Assembly (NCBI RefSeq): GCF_006345805.1
Contig: NC_042997.1
Span: 140,368,001-140,432,000 of the forward strand
Length of the DNA stretch: 64,000 nt
DNA from: Octopus sinensis
Lineage: Eukaryota
Reading direction: 5' to 3'
Part shown: one piece after another, positions 36,661 to 50,081 of the stretch
How the letters are laid out: the number at the start of each line of letters is the position of its first letter
Numbering within the stretch: the stretch's first letter is position 1
The notes under the pieces: generated by a model
Database searches by the model: none
Seen by the model: only the letters and a program-made list of their open reading frames with translations
What the model was told of the DNA's origin: nothing
Position numbers and translations under genes: made by a program

Positions 36661-39235
36661 AAGGTCAGTAGTAAGAAAAAGAAGGAAGAGAGGAGGGGAA
36701 GGGAGGAGGGGAAGGGGTGGGGGGGCGTATGTAGCGTGCCAGCGTGTGTTGAGTAGTAGTGTGTGTGTGTGTCCAGTGTCGTGGTGGTATAAATGGCGAG
36801 TAGATTGAATGTGTGTAAGAGTAATGTATATATTTAAGCAATGTGTGTATATGTGTGCGCGTGTGTAACGAAAAAGGGGGGGGGGTTAAGGAAAAAGGAC
36901 TCCAGCTGAGGGGAAGATGGAAGAGTGGTCCCGCGGAGGCGGGCGTGGGAAAACCAACGACACGCGACGGTCCCAGGAACGGGCGGAGGTCTTGTCGGTT
37001 CCAAGAGCGAGGTGCCTGCGGAGCGTATGCGTACGCGAACCGGCGCAAGCGCGTGCGTGCGTGCGCGAGCCTGCGAGTATGTGCGTAAGTATGTATGTGT
37101 GTGGATGTGTGAGTGTGTCTGTGTGTATGTCCGGGTGGCAGTGTGTCCGATGAATGTATGTGAGTATGTGTGTATGTATGTGTGTGCATAGATGTATGTC
37201 CGTGTGTGTGTGTGTGGTGTGTATGTGTGAGTGTGTATGTATGTACGTGTGGGTGTGGGGAAGTGTGTGTATGTGCATGTGTGTGCGCGTACATACAGGT
37301 GTGTGAGTGAGTGTGTGTGTGTGTATGTATGTGTGAGTGTGGTATGTGTGTGTAGGATGCATGTATGTGTATGGGTGTATGTATGCGTGTGTGTATGTAT
37401 GTATGTGTACGTGCGTGTGTGTGTGTGTATGCGTGTGTGTGGTGTGCGCGTGTGCATGCTGCATGCATGCATGTGCGTATGTGTGTGTGTGTGCATGTGT
37501 GTGGGTATATATGTATGTGCGTATATGTGTGTGTGTGTGCGTACATGGTGTGTGTGTGTATGCATGTGTGTGTATGTAGGTGTGTAGGCGTGTGTTTAGG
37601 TGTATGTAATGTAAGTATGTATGGGTGTGTCCGTGTATGTGTGTGTATGTATGTGTGTGTATGTAGGTGTGTGGGCGTGTGTATATGTGTGTGTATGTAG
37701 GTGTGTGGGCGTGTGTATATAGGTGTATGTGGTATGTCTGGGTGTGTCCGTGCATGTTTGTGTGTGTGTGTGTATGCATGTGTATGTAGGTGTGTGTGTG
37801 TACGTGTGTGTAATGTATGGTGTATGCGTGTGTATGCGTGCGTGTGTGTATGTAGGTGTCGCGTGTGTTGTGTGTGGGAGTGTAGGTGTGTGTGTGCGTG
37901 TGCGTGTGCGTGTTTATGTTGGTGTGTGCGTATGTGAGTGTGAGTGTATGGGTGTTGTCATGCATGTGTGTGCGCGTGCAGGTGAGTGTGTGTGTAAGGT
38001 GTGTGTGTGTATGTTGTGTGAGTGTGTATGTGTGTATGTCTGTGTGTATGTATGTGCGTATAGGAGTATGTGGGTATGTGTGTGTGTATGTATATGGGTG
38101 TATGTATGTATGTGTGTGTGTGTGCAGGTGTATAAGTATATGTGTGTGTGCGTATGTGTGTAATGTGATGTGGTGTGTTTAGTATGTGTGTATGTATGGT
38201 GTAGGCGTATGTGTGTGTAGATGTTGTATGTATGGTGGGTGTGTGTGTTGGTGTGTGTTTGTGTGTGTGTGTTTGTGTGTGTGTTTGTAGGTAGATGTGT
38301 GTGTCTGAGTGAGGGTATGGCTGTGTAGGTGTGTGGTGTGTATGAATGTAGTGTGTGTTATGTATACAAGTAATGTATGTATGTAGGTGTGGTGTGTGTG
38401 TATGTGTACGTGTGCGTGTGTATGTGGTGTGTGTATGCGTGTGTGTGTGAGTGTAGTGTATGGTGTATGTCTGTGTGTGTGTATGTCTGAAGTAGGTATG
38501 TATGTGTATGTATGTATGTGTGTGTGTGTGTGCAGGTATGTGTGTGTATGTGTGTGTGTGAGTAGGTGTGCGTGTATGTATGTGGGTAGGGATGCATGCG
38601 AGTGTGTGGGTATGTATGCATACATACGCACGCGCACATCCGAAGCAAGCCCACACACACGAAGCGCGCCCACGCACACAACGCACAAGCAGTACAACAA
38701 GCCAAGGGGCCGACCAAGCCCCCAGCGCGCGCCAAGCGCGCGAGCGCAAAGGCCCTCGAACGTCCCGCTACGCGGGAACCGAGGATCCATCAGCCAAAAC
38801 CGGAAAGCAGAAAAGAGGGGGGGCTGCCTGGATGCAAAAAGGTGTATGTGTGTGTGTGAAGTATGTACGTGCGGTGTGTGTGTGTGAGTGTGTGTGTATG
38901 TATGTGCGTATGTATGTGTGTGTGTATGTGTGTATGTATGTCTGTGTGTGTGTGTGTGTGTGTGTAAGTATGTATGTGTGTGCGTATGTATGTATGTGTG
39001 TGTGTATGTGCATGTTGGTTTGTATGTTAGTGTGTGTTAGTATGTCTGTAAGTGTGTGTGATTAAATGTGTGAATGTATGTACGTAGATGGGTCTACGTA
39101 TGTGTGTGTGTGAACAGTCGTGTGGGAGGTAGGGGTGGGTGGTGTGGGAGGTAGGTGGGTGGGTGTGTGCGTGTGGGAGGTAGGTGGGTGTGTTGTGTGG
39201 GTGGTGTGTCACAAAAAAAAAAAAAAAAAAAAAAC
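36660..39235. repeat. About 2.6 kb of degenerate (TG/CA)-rich low-complexity sequence
   Basis: Directly visible; includes garbled GC-rich islands at 36900-37060 and 38630-38830. Confidence 0.9.
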
Positions 39236-39259
39236 GGATCTCAAGAGGAGGGGGCTGTG

Positions 39260-39925
39260 TTAAGTCCGTGTGGGGTGGTAGTTGTAGGGTGAAGATGTAG
39301 CGTTGCTCCAAGTGGAGCCTGGAAAGTGGGCGACCATGGTGGGGGGCGCGAGACAAAAACACTGAGATGTCATCTAGGGAATGGCCGGCCGAGCGGAAGT
39401 GGCGTGCGACGGGAGAAAGAGAGTGTAGGCGAACGTCCCTCAAGTGTTCAGTGAAACGGTCGGAAACCGGCGTCCCGTCTGTCCTACATACAGCATCCCG
39501 CATAGGTTGCATTTAATGCAGTAAATAAGGCCAGACGAGGTGCACGTATAAAGAGTGCCTAATGCGTACAGTGTGCAGGTTGGAGCCGGTGACAGCGGTG
39601 GTGTTGGTTGATGAAGGGGCAAGTGTTGCAACGGGATCTAGAGCAAGGGAATGATCCGTGTGGGGCTGAGGGGGAAGGAGAGAGGGTGCTGTGGACCAGG
39701 AGGTCACGCAGATTGCGGGCTCGTTTGAAAGAGGACAGGGGTAGGTTAGGGAAAATGGGGCGGGTGGTGGGATCAAGCTGGAGGCGACGGAAGGCACGTA
39801 GTATCTTGCGACGAAGGGGTAGGGTAGAGGGGTGGAAAAGGAGGGGGAAGGGGGTGCGGTTGGGGGGTGGGCGGGGGGAAGGAGACAGGGCGGTAGTGCG
39901 GTCGATGCGACGGGCGCGATATATA
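39260..39925 (-). pseudogene. Penelope-like element RT C-terminus and GIY-YIG endonuclease
   Basis: FKRARNLRDLLVHS, FPCSRSRCNTCPF, CTSSGLIYCIKCNLCGMLYVGQTGRR, DRFTEHLRDVR..PVARHF..RLHLEQRYIFTL. Confidence 0.9.
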
Positions 39926-39939
39926 TATATAATATAAAA

Positions 39940-40166
39940 GGCGAGCTGGCAGAATCGCTCGCACACCGGGCGAAATGCTTAGCAGTATCTCGTCGGCTGT
40001 TACGTTCTGAGTTCAAATTCCGCCAAGGTCGACTTTGCCTTTCATCCTTTCGGGGTCGATAAATAAAGTACCAGTTTCGCACTGGGGTCGATGTAATCGA
40101 CTTAATCCGTTTGTCTATCCTTGTTTGCCCCCTTTATGTTTAGCCCCTAGTGGGCAGTAAAGAAAT
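39940..40166 (+). mobile_element. Family-A SINE
   Basis: Full consensus match, inserted in (TA)n. Confidence 0.9.
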
Positions 40167-40328
40167 ATATATATATATTATATATATATGTGTGTGTGTG
40201 AGTGGAGGCCCAGTGGTTAGGTTTCGATTCCCAGACTGGGCGTTGTGAGTGTTTATTGAGCGAAAACATCTAAAGCTTCATACATACATACATACATACA
40301 TGTATATATATATATATACGTACACAAA

Positions 40329-40460
40329 TGAGGGGGTTCCTAAAAGTAACCGGAAACGTTCTATGTTAAATAAACCCATTTTAGTTCAAGTTTCCGCCGC
40401 TAGAAGCCACTTGATGCGGCTCTCACGCACCGGTCTGTCAACTGGCATCGTCGAGTTGAC
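40329..40460 (+). mobile_element. Mariner-like left-end fragment
   Basis: gagggggttcctaaaagtaaccggaa resembles mariner terminal sequence; no matching right end found. Confidence 0.4.
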
Positions 40461-40489
40461 ATGAGCATTTTGAATTTAAATTGTTGGCT

Positions 40490-42374
40490 GACGGTATTAT
40501 CAAAACTGCTGATAACGATTATTGCCTCTATTCCGACAAATCATACGCATACTATGGATCTAACACATCGCTTACTTATCACCTTCAAAATATACAGAAT
40601 TCGAAACCTCAGCTCGCAAAGTCAGCTTCATTTAGTGCAGCGGTGTCATCTACCTCCAAGCAGACTACCTTAAGTCAGTTTTATCGCCGGTCTGATTATC
40701 TGGTGAGTGCTACCGTACAACGTGACATTTAAATATCACTTGCAAGCTGGATAGCTAATAGTGGTAGACCAATATCGATAGTAGAAGATGACGGTCTTCA
40801 GCGCTTCAAAATACCGAATATAAACTACCTTGCCGGCGCACTATTGATAAAATGTTGGCTGCTATTTGTAACAGCAAAAGAGAAAGTGTTTTAGAAGCAG
40901 TGAAAAATTCAAAGGCAATTGCGCTAACAATTGATTTTTGGACATCCTTGGGTAATGAAGGTTATTGCGGAATCACTAGTCATTGGATTGCTAATGACAG
41001 GAATTTAATAAGTATTATTCTTGAATGTGTGCATGCTGTTGAACGTCACTATTTAAACAATGTTGCTAAGTTATATAAACAATTTGTAAAAGACTGGGAT
41101 ATAACAAAGAAGATTCACGTTCTAGTAACAGACAATGCACAAAATTCGGTTTCAGCTGTTAATCAAACTGGTTTTGCTCATATTCTGTGTTTGGCTCAAA
41201 GCCTACAGTTGAGCATATTGCATGGGTTTAAAGCCGCAGATACAGAAACAGTGTTGGTCAAATGTCGAAAAATCATAGGACGTTTTAAACATAGCCCTAT
41301 CCACACAACTGAATTGCAGAATTGTAGTGATTCACCATTGCGTAAGCTACAGCAAGGTGTTCCAACAAGATGGAACAGTACTTTTCTAATGCTGCAAAGT
41401 CTGCTGCAAGCCAGAGAAGCAATAACCATCTACTTGTCAGACGAAGAGAAGCAGTATAAAGGTCTAAAACTGTTCGATTCTGATTGAGAAAAGATTTCAA
41501 AGTACATTAACGGTTTAGACTTATTCTGTCAGGCTACGGTCCTGCTTAGCGGTGAAAAATATGTCGTGTAGCTGCGTATTGCCACTGTTATTGTCTTTGA
41601 CAAAGTACATGACTGTAAATGATGATGATCCAAGTTATATAGCCAGATTCAAGGCAGCATATGTTAATGACTTCAGCAAACGTGTAGCTGACATGAAAAG
41701 CATTGAAATATTACAGATTGCAACAGCTCTTGATCCACGATAAAAAAAACTTGAAGTGTTTATCAGACGATTCAAAAGAACAAACTTGGTTGCTTATTGG
41801 ACAACAAATAGCAGTTGATGTTAATGATGATCGATTGAAGACTAATGCACAAGATGATACTGATAGTGTCAGTAAATCTATACGCAAACCGAATGAAAAG
41901 CGTATTAAGCTGATGGAGCCTGACTCACACTTAGAAGAGGGTGTTAAAAATGCTTCTGGTGAAGTACAGCGATATAAAATGGAGAAAAAACTTGCTGAAT
42001 CAGTTGATCCGCTACAATGGTGGAAACTTAATGTACATCGATATCCGAAATTGGCATTTTTTGCTAAGACTGTTCTGTGCCTACAAACTATTATTTAGCT
42101 CTGCTGGTTACATTGTTAACAAGACGCGGTCATCACTTGAACCAAATACTGTTAACATGCTTGTGTGTTTGCGTAACTGGTTATCCAATAACATTTGAGT
42201 AAGAAAACACCTATGCTATTTCTTGCTTTTAACATAATTTTAATTGAACTATCATAAACTTGTCAATGACTGCAACTGCAGACATTTTATTGTTTTAATT
42301 GAAATTATCTATTAATTAATCGTTAATTTCTCAAAAGTTAATTATTAAAATTAAATTAATCGTTACCAGCCCTA
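40490..42374 (+). pseudogene. hAT (Ac/ZBED1-like) transposase pseudogene with right terminus
   Basis: IALTIDFWTS..YCGITSHW, VTDNAQN, HILCLAQSLQL, VPTRWNSTFLML, ATALDPR, DPLQWWK..YPKLAFFAK..LFSSAGYIVNKTRSSLEP; ends cagcccta; left TIR missing; several stops and frameshifts. Confidence 0.92.
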
Positions 42375-42426
<52 letters not shown>

Positions 42427-44096
42427 CATGCTGTAATATGATTCTCGGTTGACAGTTGATTCCAGTGCCAATATGCCAATACAACATTGCTAACACCACC
42501 ACCACCACCACCACCACCTCCACCACTATACCATCTCCACCACTACCACCACATTGCAAAATATGTGTCAAAACTAGTTCGGTTCTATTCAACCCCAAAT
42601 TACAGCACAATGTGGATCGGATGATGAAACATACTTACAACCGCATCAAGCAAGACAATTCAATTGTTCTTCGTTATGTAAAATAATAGCACTTCCGAGC
42701 TGAAAAACGTCACCTGATGTATTACTTGCTCTACGAGAGGCAGAAATAGGATTCAACAAATAATGTATTGGCTATTAAAATTGACCTTCCTAATCCTGTC
42801 TCAACCTAGAATGGCTTATATGAACAAACTTCCCTCTACCATCCTATCAGATTTTAGCGCTTTATCAATTCTGTTGCGTAATGTCTGTTTCGTAGGTATG
42901 TGTGTGTGTGTGTAAGAGGGTGAATATATGTGTGTGCGTGTGAGAGAGAAGACTCTGTGTGTGTGTGTGACACTAGATTAGTCTATGACTCATTTGTTCA
43001 GTTCTCAAGAGAATAAAATAGTTCAATGTGTCGTGCATGGTAAAGTCGATTCCAGAGCGATTTCAACTATTCCAAACACACAGACATGTGCACGTGTACA
43101 GACACACACATACGCACACGCGCACACACGCACACACGCACACGCATGGGTCGTATATAAGTACGTACACATACACACATACACGCACATACTCGCGTAT
43201 ATATATACGCACACGCATGTGTCGTATATAGGTACGTACACACATACATACACACACACACATACTCGCGCATATATATATATGTGTGTGTGTGTGTTTA
43301 TATATATATATAAACATACATTCACACATATATGCACGCATACATGTGTGTTCACATCAATTTCGAAGCAGTTTGCTTTCTTTTGTGAGTGTGTGTGTGC
43401 GGGGGGGGGGGGGCATGTGCGCGCGCATGCGCGCGTTTATATATGTGTGTGTGTGTGTGTGTGTAGGTGAGTCTCCACAAATGTGAGAGTGCAGGTGCAT
43501 GTGTGTCAGTTACAGCATGGCGTCTCTAAGCATTTTTCTTTGCACCTCACTTCAACAACTCCAGCTAATTGTTTATATTTCATCAATCATTAACCTTCAC
43601 CAATCACCTGCCTCCATTGCCATCAATTCAAAGAAGCTATGCGCTTACCGCGCTGATCTCATTCATTTTTCCGGTTTATAAACAAAATGTTCTTTCTACG
43701 TTTGATGAAGTTAGCTAATTAACGAATGCAAATGTTAATATATTATCCAAAGTCAGCTTTAAAGAAAACATTCAGAATCTGCAGACTTCGTGCCTTGGAT
43801 ATAAGGTTGCAAGTTTACTGTACTTGATTACATCAGTAATTGCTGATGTAATGTCTTTACAACGAAGAAGTAATTTTCAGTAAGGAAATGCAACATTCAT
43901 TTCATCTGTGTGTTGCAATTTTATATTGTAAAACAGGCTAATAATAATGGCATACTTCTAGTATTAGAGCTTTTGAAATTTATCATCTGTCACCGTACGT
44001 TTACTAATTAATGTCTACAAAAGCGAATCATTTTACTTGAGAATAATTCATGCTTTTATTTCCATTTTTTTTTGTGTTTTTTGTTTAACATACATA

Positions 44097-44478
44097 GGCG
44101 TAGGAGTGGCTGTGTGGTAAGTAGCTTGCTTATGAATCACATGGTTCCGGCATCTTGGGCAAGTGTCTTCTAATATAGCTTCGGGCCAACCAAAGCCTTG
44201 TGAGTGGATTTGGTAGACAGAAACTGAAAGAAGCCCGTCGTATATATGTATACATATATATGTTTGTGTGTGTGTATGTTTATGTGTCTGTGTTTGTCCC
44301 CCCAACATCGCTTGACAACCGATGCTGGTGTGTTTACGTCCCCGTAACTTAGCGGTTCGGCAAAAGACACCGATTGAATAAGTACTAGGCTTACAAAGAA
44401 TAAGTCCTCGGGGCCGATTTGCTCGACTAAAGGCGGTGCTCCAGCATGGCCACAGTCAAATGACTGAAACGAGTAAAA
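44097..44478 (+). mobile_element. Family-B SINE, full length (5' half of another at 44888-45045)
   Basis: ggcgtaggagtggctgtgtggtaagtagc..aaatgactgaaacgagtaaaa. Confidence 0.9.
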
Positions 44479-44484
44479 AAAGGA

Positions 44485-44821
44485 TACTTAAAGTAGGCGG
44501 AGACAGAGAAAGCTGAGACAAACACGCAACATTTATTGTAGTTAAGAAAGTATTAGTATTTTGGACTACTGAGAGAATTTTTTAAAGAACAAAACTGCTT
44601 TTGTTGCCCTATCGGTAGGCTTCTTTCAAAATTAAAGAGGCTCTGAGGTGCTTAAATAATGAACCAAATAATAGTATAGCTAGGCGACGGCGGGAGGGGC
44701 GATCGTCTCCGGGCGACGCTTTTAGAAGGGAGGTACTTTTGTGTTGGTTGTATAAGCATGTATGGTAGGGGGAGGTTGGCGAACGTAAGGCTGACGGACC
44801 CGCTCTCCTATTGCTCCTACT
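44485..44821 (-). mobile_element. Possible decayed solo LTR
   Basis: GC-richer island; minus strand starts agtaggagc (TGTAG-like) and has aataaa followed by a GT-rich tract; no TSD found. Confidence 0.3.
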
Positions 44822-45068
44822 TCTTTTCCTTTTGGTGCTGTAAAAATAAAAGCTGAGCATTTCATTAAACATACATAAATAATTGTAGGTGCCGGCATGT
44901 GTGGTAAGAAGTTTGCTTTCCAGTCACATGGTTCAGGATTCAGTCCCACTGCGTGGAACCTTGGGTAAGTGTCTTCTATTATAGTCCTGGGCCGACCAAA
45001 GCCTCGTTAGCGGATTTGGTAGACAGAAACTGAAAGAAGCCCGTTTTAGTAATGGAAGGCAAGGTTTA

Positions 45069-45501
45069 TGATATCGGAGGAACATCATCTTCTTCCATCA
45101 CTTTTTCTTGTTCTTTATATAGTTCAGGCTTTCGGCAGGCGAAGAAGAAAAAACTTCAAGCACAAATGCTATTTACAACTGGTTTATTTACAGGAAAGGT
45201 GAAGTGTGCTGCTCTCAGCTACCATCTCAAACTCCGATAGATGTGGGCGCATAGCCACTGGAGATAGACAGGCAGAAAACTCTGCCAGCGTTCGTGTTCA
45301 GACAAAGCTGTGGTGTAAAAAGGCGCCAAAGAGCAGAGGCACGACTCAATCGGTTTTTCATCTACATCGTTCCATTGCAAGCCTCGTTGTGATCTCGCGC
45401 ATGGCAAATGGATGCAAATGAGGTCTCGCTTCAGTCTCGGAGATGGCAATGGCTGCCGCGAGATCTCATCCAATGTGGCGCTGGCTGTTTGTGCCGCTAC
45501 A
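45069..45501 (-). mobile_element. 3' LTR of the gypsy element
   Basis: Minus strand TGTAGCGG..CCGATATCA, immediately preceded by PPT-like tcgggggagccctt (45502-45515). Confidence 0.75.
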
Positions 45502-45748
45502 AAGGGCTCCCCCGAGTGCGGAAGTACGAAAACAGAATAATTGGAGCAGGCACAAGAAAGAGCAAAGATGGCAAATGATCGCAACCAACAAGATATGGTA
45601 CAAAAATGTAACAAGTCAAATAGTACACTAACTGCAAGAAATATTTATTGGCATGCACAAAATTTGACAAAATGTTCAATGGCAGAGTATTTGAACTGTC
45701 CAGTAACACCAGAAAGCAATTGTCTATCACAGGAAACAAAAGAAAATG

Positions 45749-47680
45749 TCAAATATAAATAGTCTGAGTGGGTTTTTTAGGCCAATGCACAATGCGGCCA
45801 GTGCTGGTGACATGGGGTTTGTTCGTGTTAGGCAGTGGCGACGAAGGTGTAGGTGTAAGTAATGGTGTGGTCAAAGGTGCATGTGCAGGTGGATGTGTAG
45901 GTGGTAGTAAAGGATCAAAGGTGGGCATGTTTGGGGTGTTATCGAAGGGTGTGGGCACCTCAAAGTGTGCCCTTTTAAGTCTGTCGACCGACACGGTTTC
46001 TGCCCGACCATTCATGTCGAGACTAAAAGTTTTGGGTGTGTGCGATAGCACACGAAATGGTCCCTTATAAGGAGAAACGAGAGGTCCTCTGACAGAATCA
46101 TCCCGAACAAAAACATGATTCCATTAGTCAATATCCGGAGGGACGGAGAGAGTATAGACTGGTCACGCGGATGCATGGGTGGAAGACTCGAGAAATACGA
46201 GCGAAGTCTGGTGACATACGACGTTGGATCAGGAGGCGATGAGTTGTCTGGCGCTAACATTGTACCAGGGAGTGCCAGGGTGGTACCATAAAGAATATCA
46301 GCTGAGGAGAAACCTAAGTCTGCTTTAACAGCAGTGCGACAACCAAGAAGAACGATAGGCACGAATTCTGTCCAAGACTGCGGATCAGAAGTGGCACGTA
46401 GGGCGGCCTTCAATTGCCGTTGGAGGCTGGGTGGTAGCTGGTCGTATGAATGTAATGAACTCCTAGGATTCGTGATAATTCACGAAATAGGGAAGCCCCG
46501 AACTGGCGTCCGCGATCAGTGGTTAGTATAGCAGGGACTTCAAAGCGAGCAATTCAGTTAGAAACGAAAGCTCGAGTAAGTGACTCAGCTGAAATGTCCA
46601 CTATTGGAATGGCCTCTGGCCAACGAGAGAAACGATCGACGCACGTCAATATGTAAGAGAAACCGCGACTGACAGGCCATGGTCCAACCAGATCGATGTG
46701 GACATGGCAAAAACGAGTCTCCGGGGGAAAACTGTCCAAGAGGAGCGCGAATATGCCTGAGAATTTTAGAACGCTGACATTTTACGCAAGAGCGTGCCCA
46801 ATCGGTGATCATCCAGTCGCCTATTAGGCCAGAAAAACCGAGCCGTAATATGCTTCACCGAGGCAGCGACGCCAGGATGTGACAGTGAATGCAAGGCATC
46901 AAACACAGACCGCTGGTGGTTCTCAGGTACAAACGGTCTGGGAGAACCAATAGCTGTATCAGAAAGAATGGTGCCTTCAGCAGTCGGAAGTGGGAGATAG
47001 GCAAATTTCCAGCAGGACAACTTGGTAGAAGTTAAATCCAAAGTGTCCAGTGCTGGCTGATCCTGCGCATTGGCAGTTAAATCGATTGCAGCAGGAGATG
47101 AAAGGGAGCACACAGGAAGACGAGAGAGTGCGTCAGCTGGCACAGTCTCTCTTCCTGGAATGTACCGAATGTCACTTGTGAACTGCGAAATGTAGTCCAG
47201 GTGAAGAAAAGCACGAGCTACAGTTTGTCCGATTTAGATGACAAAGCAAACGTAAGAGGCTTGTGAGCAATATAAATAAAAAAAACCTCGGCCCTCGAGT
47301 TGATGTTGAAAATGACGAACGAACAGGTAGATCGCCAAGGGCTCGCGATCAAACGTGCTGTACCGACGTTCAGCTGGTTTTAATTGACGAGAAAAAAACG
47401 CCAAAGGTTTAGTCTGATTGTCTACGGTGTGCTGCAAAACAGCACCGACCGCAGCATCCGATGCATCAACTGTCAAAGAGAGAGGAGCGTCGGGAACTGG
47501 ATGTGCAAGCAAAGGGACAGAAGCTATTTCCTTCTTAGTGGACTCAAAAGCAGATAACGCCTCGTCAGATAAAGCAATAGGAGAATTCTTTTTGTTATCT
47601 GCTTTCAACAGCTGAGTCAAAGAAAGTAACTTGTCTGCACAATTTTTAACAAAGCGTCTGCAAAAATTGACAATGCCCAA
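45749..47680 (-). pseudogene. Ty3/gypsy pol (RT end, RNase H, integrase), 5' truncated and frameshifted
   Basis: GIVNFCRRFV, TVDASDAAVGAVL..YSTFDRE, ADALSR, HSLSHPG..WARSCVKCQRSK, HVHIDLVGP..LTCVDRFSRWPEAIP, VSVDRLK. Confidence 0.95.
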
Positions 47681-47811
47681 AACTTGTATTTAGTAAAAGA
47701 AAACAATGATGAAATAATGAATATTTTCTGGGGTTTGACGTAACAAAAGAAAATGAACATTTTTTTTCCTCCAGTCATTTGAAGAGGCATATATATATAT
47801 ATATATATATA

Positions 47812-47945
47812 GTTCAAATTTATAGAAAAACAAAGACGAAGACAGATAAGAACAACAAGCAATTGCATTAGTTTGACGCTCGGGAAAAATGGAAAAGTCT
47901 CTTACGTTTCGGGCCTATGCTCTTCGACAGAAATGAATAAGAGGA
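47812..47945 (-). mobile_element. PLE-type terminal fragment with degenerate hammerhead motif
   Basis: Minus strand ctgtcga-a-gagc-atag-gccc-gaaa-cgta (A6 mutated); abuts (TA)n. Confidence 0.5.
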
Positions 47946-48577
47946 AACAAAGGAAGAATAAAAAGAACGTTCTGAGTTCAAAGCTCCAACATGGTCCAAC
48001 ATATATATGCGCGCGCGCGTACAATTAGAATAATATTATTGCCATAGTCACGGGTCTTGCTTTCGACAAGCAAGAAATAACAGCCATAATGAAACGAAAA
48101 CATATGGGCTTTCAATAAAGGAAAACAATGATGAAATAAAACTATTTCTACGAAGAGATCACATTTTTTGTACATTCGGCGTCACATAAACTCACAGAGA
48201 ACTGTAGAACGATGAGTGACACGACACCGTTTATTCTCTCGCTTGAGACAGGCCCAAGTGCTTTCTACTTGTAGAGTATGGGTCTCGTCTTGCGAGTTTT
48301 AAAATTTAACCCTGTGGTTCACCGGTCTATGGCGAAATTGGTACCCTGATATCTTAAGAATATGTATGAGCGTCACAGGTTACTGTAAATGGTTGTTCCC
48401 GACAAAATTAATTGCCGAATGCAATCTTCAAGTGTGTTATGGTTCTGAGAAGGCACAGCAAAAAGAAAACCTCGAGTTTCGCGACACACACCACCGAAAC
48501 CCACTATTCGGGTAGCATTCGACTCCGGTTATATTTTCAGCTCGCTCCAGTAAATAATTTCTATAGTCTACTGCGGT

Positions 48578-48660
48578 TAGGGCCGGTTTAAGACCCATAG
48601 AGGCCCTAAACACTTGAAAGGTTTCGATGCCCTCAAGTATATGTAAATTGTTCAAAATGT
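48578..48660 (+). mobile_element. hAT-type MITE left end
   Basis: tagggccggtttaagaccc..ggccc resembles hAT CAGGGCCGG termini; right end not found. Confidence 0.4.
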
Positions 48661-48894
48661 AAACAAAAATAATTCAAAATGTAAACTATGATAAACTATT
48701 AAATAAATTTTTATTTTTCAAAATGAAACAAAATTCACAGTAAGATGGAAAATAATGTTTATTTTTGTACGCTTCCACTTTATTCATATTTGAAAAGTTT
48801 TCTCCTTCGTTTTGTTCGATGTGTTCGATGATATCATTAAAATTAATTTTATGTAAAACTTCTGCTTCTATACTGAGAAGAGATAAAACATTAC

Positions 48895-49313
48895 TCTCTT
48901 TTCTTTTACTCTCTTTTACTTGTTTCAGTCATTTGACTATGGCCATGCTGGAGCACCGCCTTTAGTCGAGCAAATCGACCCCAGGACTTATTCCTTGTAA
49001 GCCTAGTACTTATTCTATCGGTGTCTTTTGCCGAACCGCTAAGTTACGGGGACGTAAACACACCAGCATCGGTTGTCAAGCGATGTTGGGGGGACAAACA
49101 CAGACACACAAACATATACACACACATACATATATATGTATACATATATACGACGGGCTTCTTTCAGTTTCCGTCTACCAAATCCACTCACAAGCTTTGG
49201 TTAGCCCGAGGCTATAGTAGAAGACACTTGCCCAAGGTGCCACGCTGTGGGACTGAACCCAAAACCATGTGGTTGGTAAGCAAGCTATTTACTACACAGC
49301 CACTCCTGCGCCT
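48895..49313 (-). mobile_element. Family-B SINE, full length
   Basis: Reverse complement of 44097-44478. Confidence 0.9.
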
Positions 49314-49848
49314 ACGAATATTATTTTAGTAAGTTTAAAGTGATTTCTTTAGTGCCGTTAACCATTTTCATTTCTGTGGTGCCCCCGTCCCTTGATGCCT
49401 TAAGCACGTGCTTATTTCGCTTAATGGGTTAATCCAGCGCTGACTGAGGTAGTGGCACCAATCCCTAATTCCTCCTTATAAAACCTAATAATTGTCAACT
49501 CTTTCACCTAGCAGTATGGGTAAACAGCAGTAACCTGGCGTTGGCCTGACAACACTTTCAACTTCCCTTGTGAGGACACTGGTTAAAATTCTTTGGCTAA
49601 AAACGCATAATTTTAAATGCGTCCAACTCCATTATTTTTTATTATTTTTTTTAAAAGATGAATGGGATTTTTGTTATCAACATGTAAAACTACATCAAAA
49701 GTACATTTTTTGAAAATTTTCAGATTAAAATTAATGGTTAGAAGAAAATATATGCGTGTGTATGTATGTGTGTCTATGTGTCTATGTGTGTGTGTATTTT
49801 TTGCATCTTTTTTCCCCCACCGCTTGACAACCGGTGTTGGTATGTTTA

Positions 49849-50081
49849 AAGGCGGCGAGCTGGCAGAAACGTTAGCACGCCGGGAGAAATGCTTGGCAGT
49901 ATTTCGTCTGCCGCTACGTTCTGAGTTCAAATTCCGCCGAGGTCGACTTTGCCTTTCATCCTTTCGGGGTCGATTAAATAAGTACCAGTTACGTAGTGGG
50001 GTCGATATAATCGACTTAATCCGTTTGTCTGTCCTTGTTTGTCCTCTCTGTGTTTAGCCCCTTGTGGATAGTAAAGAAATA
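49849..50081 (+). mobile_element. Family-A SINE nested in the 3' half of a family-B SINE (49815-50245)
   Basis: 10-bp TSD ggtatgttta at 49839-49848 and 50082-50091. Confidence 0.9.

Noticed and set aside
42440-42700. Kazal-like CGSDDETY motif after a poly-Thr/Pro tract
   Set aside because: In-frame stop just upstream, cysteine spacing does not fit Kazal, and no splice donor was found.
43827-43852. 26-bp near-perfect palindrome attacatcag/ctgatgtaat
   Set aside because: Short and AT-rich, with no associated element or second copy; plausible by chance or local strand-switch.
48203-48377. Short solo LTR (TGTGACG..TTCTACA on the minus strand)
   Set aside because: Has AATAAA and TG..CA ends but no TSD and no second copy; insufficient support.
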